From contig CAZPLO010000035.1 in NCBI GenBank assembly GCA_964587725.1, forward strand, positions 1-10,237: a stretch of 10,237 bases of DNA. The letters run 5' to 3'. How positions within the stretch are numbered: position 1 is the first letter of the stretch; each line of letters begins with the position of its first letter. The position numbers and the translations under genes were made by a program. The DNA is from an uncultured archaeon (GTDB taxonomy: Archaea; Altiarchaeota; Altiarchaeia; IMC4; SCGC-AAA252-I15). The notes beneath the pieces are model-generated. The model worked only from the letters and a program-made list of their open reading frames with translations, ran no database searches and was not told where the DNA came from. This document shows positions 1-4,811 of this stretch, piece by piece.

Positions 1-37
1 ATCAAAACAGCCTTGCTCAAGGAATCATCCGGTTCGG

Positions 38-844
38 TCACTTTACCTGGTACCAGAAGCTGATGACCTGCGGCTTATCCCCTCCTTCCTTCAGGAGGGT
101 GGCTTTGAAGATGTCTACTGGGCTCTTATAGACTCTGGAGACTTCGCTCAAATCCAGCTCCAAATCATCCTTCGCAACAGACAACACCACACTCCCCGAA
201 GTCACACGCCGGTAGTCAACCTGGGTGCTGCTGTCACTGTACTCCATCCTGTAAGGTCTGGTGCGGAGGTCATCCAAGGACATGTTCAAATTCAGGATGT
301 CGCCGAACACCTCATGCTCCTCCCAAAACCTGCCCACCAACACGGAAGGTGGCATGTAGGCGTCGGTGAATTCGCCGCGTTCGCCCAACCAGCTGTCCGA
401 TGTAAGGTCGTAGATTTCACGGCTCGACCGGCTTTCACTGTGGCTGTACACCCACTTGCTGTCGTCCGTCGGCGATAATGTGTAAGAGAAGGTGCGGTTC
501 TCACCAGGGTTCAAGGTGAAAGACTCCTCCTTGCTGAGAAGGCGGGAGTCGACCAAAAGGTCGTAGGAGGTCTTTCCCGCCTCACTGCAGACTACCGTGA
601 AGGATACTTTATAGGATTTGCCGACGTCCAAGACGTTCAATGCTTCACCGTCTACTTTACCGTACTTCAACGCCGCATCCGGGTCCGGCAAATCAGACAA
701 ACGGGTGAAGTAGATTTCAGTGGAGCCGGTGAAATGCGTGAACGCCTGATACGCGATGAACGCACCCACAATGACGACACACACGACCAAAAAACCAACA
801 ACTATTTTGGTGTCGCGGTCGAGTGAAGACAGCTTCTTACCCAT
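38..844 (-). CDS. Membrane-anchored hypothetical protein, DUF1616-like extracellular domain
   Basis: 268-aa ORF with ATG start, basic N-terminus and one hydrophobic helix (IVVGFLVVCVVIVGAFIAY). Motif order TEIYF / VGKSYKVSFTVVCSE..SYDL / FTLNPGENRTFSYTLSP / FKATLLKEG..QVISFWYQV resembles archaeal DUF1616 as recalled; no search run. Confidence 0.7.
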   Translation of the reverse strand: MGKKLSSLDRDTKIVVGFLVVCVVIVGAFIAYQAFTHFTGSTEIYFTRLSDLPDPDAALKYGKVDGEALNVLDVGKSYKVSFTVVCSEAGKTSYDLLVDSRLLSKEESFTLNPGENRTFSYTLSPTDDSKWVYSHSESRSSREIYDLTSDSWLGERGEFTDAYMPPSVLVGRFWEEHEVFGDILNLNMSLDDLRTRPYRMEYSDSSTQVDYRRVTSGSVVLSVAKDDLELDLSEVSRVYKSPVDIFKATLLKEGGDKPQVISFWYQVK

Positions 845-866
845 GATACCTTATATGGGTCAATGG

Positions 867-883
867 TTTTAATAATGTTTCCC
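867..883 (-). promoter_or_regulatory. Putative BRE/TATA promoter of the 268-aa gene
   Basis: Minus strand reads GGGAAAC-ATTATTAAAA, ending about 23 nt upstream of the ATG at 844, within an AT-rich divergent intergenic region. Confidence 0.45.
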
Positions 884-934
884 TGGGTTTCCGTGGGGGT
901 ATTTTTTCGGGTTTCGTTTTGAAAGTAGTGTTTT

Positions 935-949
935 CTTTATTTTTAAATG
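935..949 (+). promoter_or_regulatory. Putative TATA box of the 294-aa gene
   Basis: CTTTATTTTTAAATG about 35-45 nt upstream of the candidate starts; followed by SD-like GGGGTG (975-980) and GTGAT (987-991). Confidence 0.4.
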
Positions 950-982
950 TTTGCGTGTATTGTTTATTAGGGTTGGGGTGGC

Positions 983-1867
983 TTGCGTGATATTGTGGGC
1001 CACAGACAAGTATTGAGCGGGCTGGTTTTGACTGCGTTTTTAGTGTTTTCCATCCACACGGTGTCTTCGTCTGTTTTAACCGGGCAGGTGGAGGTGCCGA
1101 ATTCGCCGCCGGGGATAGCTTCTGTAACGTTGCACGACTCCGACGGGGGCACCATACAGTTGACGGCCGGCAGCGACGCAAACATCCTATACTGCGACGC
1201 TGTGGTAACGGACTTGAACGGCTACGGGGACGTCAACCAAAGCTGGGGGGTCATATACAACGGCACCAACATGGCGGCGGCGGCAGACAGCAACGAACGA
1301 TACGACAACAGCAGCTGCGTACTGTCGGAGGGAGCCGGAAACCAAATATACGTGAACTGCTCGTTCACGGTCCAGCACGAGGCCGTGAACGGCACATGGA
1401 CGTGCAACATAACCGTGAACGACAGCAGCGACGCAGTCAACGCCACCACAGGCACCAACACGGTGGATGAAATCACCGGAATATCCATCCTGGAAAGCTC
1501 ACTCGACTTCGGCACCCTAGCGTTAGGGGGAGAGAGCAGCGGCGGAAACAACACCCAGGTAACCAACCAGGGGAACGTCGTAATAGACATACGGGTGAAC
1601 GGCACAGACTACGGCTGCACCGGCCAAGGGACCATACCGGTCAACAACACCCGATACAGTACGTCGGACGGCGGCTGGGCAGGGATGAGCCTGAACCTAA
1701 CCCACACGCCAACAACGGAGACAGGGTTCGACCTCGGCATAGAAGGCATAGCAACAGCAGACGGAACCAACTCCACAGCAGACGAGTACTGGACCATAGC
1801 CATACCCGGCTCCGGAGTCTCCGGAACCTGCACCAACAACATCCAAATAACCGGGACAGCAGGCTAG
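983..1867 (+). CDS. Secreted two-domain beta-rich glycoprotein; candidate major fimbrial/fibre subunit
   Basis: 294-aa ORF (TTG at 983, or GTG at 995 as an alternative start). Sec-type signal peptide ending about VSS|S, no TM anchor, 6 Cys and 13 N-x-S/T sequons counted by eye. Aligns end to end with the C-terminus of the giant ORF. The CDS is secure; the function is inference. Confidence 0.85.
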   Translation: MRDIVGHRQVLSGLVLTAFLVFSIHTVSSSVLTGQVEVPNSPPGIASVTLHDSDGGTIQLTAGSDANILYCDAVVTDLNGYGDVNQSWGVIYNGTNMAAAADSNERYDNSSCVLSEGAGNQIYVNCSFTVQHEAVNGTWTCNITVNDSSDAVNATTGTNTVDEITGISILESSLDFGTLALGGESSGGNNTQVTNQGNVVIDIRVNGTDYGCTGQGTIPVNNTRYSTSDGGWAGMSLNLTHTPTTETGFDLGIEGIATADGTNSTADEYWTIAIPGSGVSGTCTNNIQITGTAG

Positions 1868-1873
1868 AAACTG

Positions 1874-1925
1874 TTTTATTAACCGAAACCCAAATATATT
1901 GGATTAATAATCCCGGTTAAAAAAA
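1874..1925 (+). promoter_or_regulatory. AT-rich intergenic element with putative BRE/TATA and nested inverted repeats
   Basis: CGAAA (1884-1888) then AAATATAT (1892-1899) about 30 nt before the ATG at 1927; palindrome GGATTA-A-TAATCC (1901-1913); outer inverted repeat TTTTATTAACCG (1874-1885) / CGGTTAAAAAAA (1914-1925), 11 of 12 matching. Confidence 0.5.
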
Positions 1926-1926
1926 A

Positions 1927-3102
1927 ATGGGTGATGTACGACTACAGGCTGGCCTGATACTACTGGTTCTAGCAGCCAACGCAGCCGCCGTCAGCCTCGG
2001 CGTCAGCCCCAGCAACATAGAATTCCGGGACGTGTTGAAAGGCGGGTACGCGGAAGGCACCGCCACCATAAGCACCTCCAGCCCCGAACCCGTGGAAATA
2101 AGTTTGTCGGTGGGAGGGGAAGCGCGGGACTGGATAACGCTGGGGGAAACCACCTTCACACTCGAACCAAACAGCAGACACGGCGTCAAAGTCATGGTCG
2201 AGCCGCCGGCGGACGCCCCCAACGGAGCATACAAAGCCTCGGTAACAGCCAAGACCCGGCCGCCCGCGGAAGGCCAGCAGGTGATGGGGGCCATCATCAT
2301 CACCGCCGTGGAAATGCAGGCCACCATCTCCGTGACGGGAGACCAGATAATAGACTACGAAGTCCCGTCCGTGCAGGTGAAAGACACCGAGGAGGGGCAG
2401 CCCATAGAATTCAACATCCGCGTGGACAACAGAGGAAACACCCGCATCACACCGCAGATACGCGTGGACATCATGGATGAAGCCTCAACCATAAAGTCCC
2501 TCGACCACGGCGAAACAGAGATACTGCCCACCACATCCGAAAACATACTACTGAAAGTAGACAACGACCTCCCCATCGGCCAGTACCGTGCGAAGGTGAC
2601 CGTGTCCGCGGAAGGCGAGCAGACACAGGAGACCGTGGGATTCGAGGTGTTGGAGAGAGGCAGCCTACGGCTGCAGGGGCAGCTGATAACCATCAGAACA
2701 GACAAGGTGTGGGCTACGGTCGGAGACGTCGTGGAACTCACCGCAGTGTTCAAGAACACCGGCCAACTCGTCGCGCCCGCCGTCTTCAAAGGGAAAGTGT
2801 ATTTGGACGACGACATAGTCGACGTCATAGAAGGCGATGAAATAGACGTCCCCGTCGGCGAAACAGCCGACCTCACCACATACTATAAACCCGGGCAACC
2901 CGGGAAATACAAGATAGTGGGTTGGGTATACTACAGCAAGAAAACCACCAAGGAAGGGTTCGTCATAGTCAACGTCCAGGACACCACCGAAACCACCCAG
3001 CCGCCGGCCACGGAAGAGAAGGAAGGCGACTCCACCCCATTGTACGCGGTCATAGCCGTGCTGGCCGTGGTAGTGGTTATCCTACTGTTCAGGAGGAAGT
3101 GA
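1927..3102 (+). CDS. Secreted multi-Ig-fold protein with C-terminal TM anchor; DUF916/PapD-like candidate assembly chaperone
   Basis: 391-aa ORF. Signal peptide (..ANAAA|VSLGVSPSNIEF), about three Ig/CARDB-like units (VEPPADAPNGAY; VDNRGNTRI..LPIGQYRAKV; FKNTGQL..PGKYKIVG), T/E/P-rich linker, TM helix LYAVIAVLAVVVVILLF and basic tail RRK. Family assignment is by motif resemblance only. Confidence 0.8.
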   Translation: MGDVRLQAGLILLVLAANAAAVSLGVSPSNIEFRDVLKGGYAEGTATISTSSPEPVEISLSVGGEARDWITLGETTFTLEPNSRHGVKVMVEPPADAPNGAYKASVTAKTRPPAEGQQVMGAIIITAVEMQATISVTGDQIIDYEVPSVQVKDTEEGQPIEFNIRVDNRGNTRITPQIRVDIMDEASTIKSLDHGETEILPTTSENILLKVDNDLPIGQYRAKVTVSAEGEQTQETVGFEVLERGSLRLQGQLITIRTDKVWATVGDVVELTAVFKNTGQLVAPAVFKGKVYLDDDIVDVIEGDEIDVPVGETADLTTYYKPGQPGKYKIVGWVYYSKKTTKEGFVIVNVQDTTETTQPPATEEKEGDSTPLYAVIAVLAVVVVILLFRRK

Positions 3103-4531
3103 ACCTGCTCCGCTTCAGGTAGGCGGTCAACAGCACAGCCAAACCCAACACCGCCAATGCGGCGGTAGCGTGGCCGCCGAACGCCGACCCCGGGCCGCTG
3201 CCGAACCCGATCCTCGGAAGCCTCTCCCTAGGATTCAGCAGATGGCTTAACTCCACATCCCCCGTGGACTCGTCCACCACCACCGGCAACGTGGTCGTCG
3301 TGGTCCGGTTCAACCGCACAACCAGCGTCTTCACCGTGGAAACATTCGCCACAGGACACGGTGGAACATCCACTACTACAGAGCCTTCCTCGAACCCGCC
3401 GCGGAACGCCTGGATCCTGTGCACCCCCACCCGGTAGGGGGTGAAGGCTACGCGGCCGAGGCGGTCCGTCCGCGACGAAAACAGAATGCTGCCGCCATAG
3501 TACACGTCCACGTGCACGTCACGGACCGGCTGGTCGCGGGCGGACACCGTCACAGACACCGGCTCCCCAACGCAGGTGTAGTTCACCTCCACCGTCAACG
3601 GAGTCCTCACCGACTGCACCCGCTGACCCGCCGGCGGGCGGTTGGTGCCGCCGGGGGTCGGCGACTGAACGCTCCACGCGTCCCCGCCGTCGACGTCGCG
3701 GCCTATGCTCTGATGTAGGGTGCTGTCGTACACGGTGCCGCCTATGGTGTCGCCGTCCTCGTATGTGAAGTTGTCGACTTTATAGTCAGTGTAAACCAGC
3801 TCCACCTCGTCGCCGCCGGGGTCCAAGGTGATGCCTGATTCGCTGCTGGAAAACGACTTGAACCCCCCCGCCGGTATGACTCCGGAGAGGTTGAAGGCGG
3901 CGGCCGCCGACACTCCGCCGGCCGCTCCAAGACGCCATCCTGTGACGTCCACGCCGTATGATTCGCTGTTGTAGAGTTCTATGAAGCTGTCGTTTCCGGG
4001 GCGGAACTCGTTAATCACCACCCGCGGCAGCCCATAGTATGTGTAGTCCGCGTTACCCCAGGTGAGGTTGCTGGCGACAGCGTATTCGCCGTCCAACACC
4101 TCCGCCTTCACCCGGTAATACCGTGGGGGAGAAGCGTATGCGGGGTGGCCGGAGTCCAAGCCCACCCTGCTAGGGTCCTGCACACCCATAACATGAGAGT
4201 AAGTGTATGTCGCAGACAGTTCTCCGCTGGATTCCAACACGGCGTTCACGTATGATTCGCCGAATCCGTCGAACGGCTGTTCGCTGTTGCTGTTCCACCT
4301 AACAACCTTCACCTTAACCGACCCGGAGCCGTTCACGCCGTAGGCGCCGTTGGGGTCCGACACGTTCACCCTAACATACACGGTCCTGTTGTAGGGGGCG
4401 GTGAAGCTGCTGGAGGAGGTTTCAACCGACTCTATCCTCGGCGGGCTGTTGAGCACGCTTATGGTCCCCGGGAGGGTGTCGCCGCACGCTAACCCCGCCA
4501 GCAGAAGAACCGCTAACGTTAAGGCCCTCAA
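3089..4531 (-). CDS. Cell-surface protein: N-terminal Ig-like domain, lamin-tail domain (LTD), small beta domain, Thr linker, C-terminal TM anchor
   Basis: 480-aa ORF with TTG start and a signal peptide ending about ACG|D. LTD hallmarks VVINEF..FIELYN..VDVTGWRL..IPAGGF..GDEVEL..SIGR..SPTPGGTN at about 3641-4027; TDRLGRVAF..GVHRIQA motif; TTTTTL linker; TM AALAVLGLAVLLTAYL followed by KRSR. Confidence 0.85.
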   Translation of the reverse strand: MRALTLAVLLLAGLACGDTLPGTISVLNSPPRIESVETSSSSFTAPYNRTVYVRVNVSDPNGAYGVNGSGSVKVKVVRWNSNSEQPFDGFGESYVNAVLESSGELSATYTYSHVMGVQDPSRVGLDSGHPAYASPPRYYRVKAEVLDGEYAVASNLTWGNADYTYYGLPRVVINEFRPGNDSFIELYNSESYGVDVTGWRLGAAGGVSAAAAFNLSGVIPAGGFKSFSSSESGITLDPGGDEVELVYTDYKVDNFTYEDGDTIGGTVYDSTLHQSIGRDVDGGDAWSVQSPTPGGTNRPPAGQRVQSVRTPLTVEVNYTCVGEPVSVTVSARDQPVRDVHVDVYYGGSILFSSRTDRLGRVAFTPYRVGVHRIQAFRGGFEEGSVVVDVPPCPVANVSTVKTLVVRLNRTTTTTLPVVVDESTGDVELSHLLNPRERLPRIGFGSGPGSAFGGHATAALAVLGLAVLLTAYLKRSRFTSS

Positions 4532-4598
4532 CTTCTTTTCATATTCTCCCCAGACCGTTAAATACCCGGCTCACGCCGTCCCGTCCGGTCCTGAGGGC

Positions 4599-4787
4599 TT
4601 ATCCGCCATCCTTCCCGGACAGCTTCCTAGTCCTCCCGGAAGGCAGGTTCAGCGTCTTCAACACGATGCTGTCGTCCACCACGTAGACGACGAACCGGTT
4701 GCCCGGGTTTATCCCCAGCTCATCCCGTATCTTGATCGGGATGACCACCTGCCCTCTCGTGGAGAGCTTAGTCAACTCTACTTCCAT
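4599..4787 (-). CDS. AbrB/MazE/SpoVT-family DNA-binding protein
   Basis: Signature TKLSTRGQVVIPIKIRDELGINPGNRFVV..DDSIVL. Start re-called to the ATG at 4787 (62 aa) because the ORF-track GTG at 4796 lies inside the GGAGGTGA ribosome-binding site. Confidence 0.92.
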   Translation of the reverse strand: MEVELTKLSTRGQVVIPIKIRDELGINPGNRFVVYVVDDSIVLKTLNLPSGRTRKLSGKDGG

Positions 4788-4792
4788 GCGTT

Positions 4793-4800
4793 TCACCTCC
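4793..4800 (-). promoter_or_regulatory. Shine-Dalgarno site of the AbrB-family gene
   Basis: GGAGGTGA on the minus strand with a 5-nt spacer to the ATG at 4787. Confidence 0.85.
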
Positions 4801-4811
4801 GAATGTTCTTT

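Noticed and set aside
837-1185. Minus-strand ORFs 837..1181 and 967..1185
   Set aside because: They overlap the 294-aa gene and its AT-rich promoter region; the composition reflects the DNA bias rather than a protein family.
983-1867. Type IV pilin/archaellin or Altiarchaeum hamus subunit identity
   Set aside because: No class III signal peptide (basic-Gly cleavage followed by a retained hydrophobic helix); far smaller than the reported hamus subunit and no recognisable similarity that I can support.
1874-1925. Invertible (phase-variable) promoter flanked by the 12-bp inverted repeat
   Set aside because: Only 28 nt lie between the arms and no recombinase is in the window; kept only as a possible operator or hairpin.
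1222-2879. Antisense ORFs 1222..1605, 1609..1842, 1917..2327 and 2355..2879
   Set aside because: Antisense mirrors of the 294-aa and 391-aa genes with no recognisable motifs or start signals.
3089-3230. PGF-CTERM/archaeosortase signal in the 480-aa tail (PRIGFG..)
   Set aside because: No PGF tripeptide directly before the TM helix; treated as a plain TM anchor.
4481-4531. Possible lipobox in LLAGLAC of the 480-aa protein
   Set aside because: The residues before Cys are G-L-A, off the usual [LVI][ASTVI][GAS]C register; ACG|D fits signal peptidase I and the protein already has a C-terminal TM. Not fully excluded.
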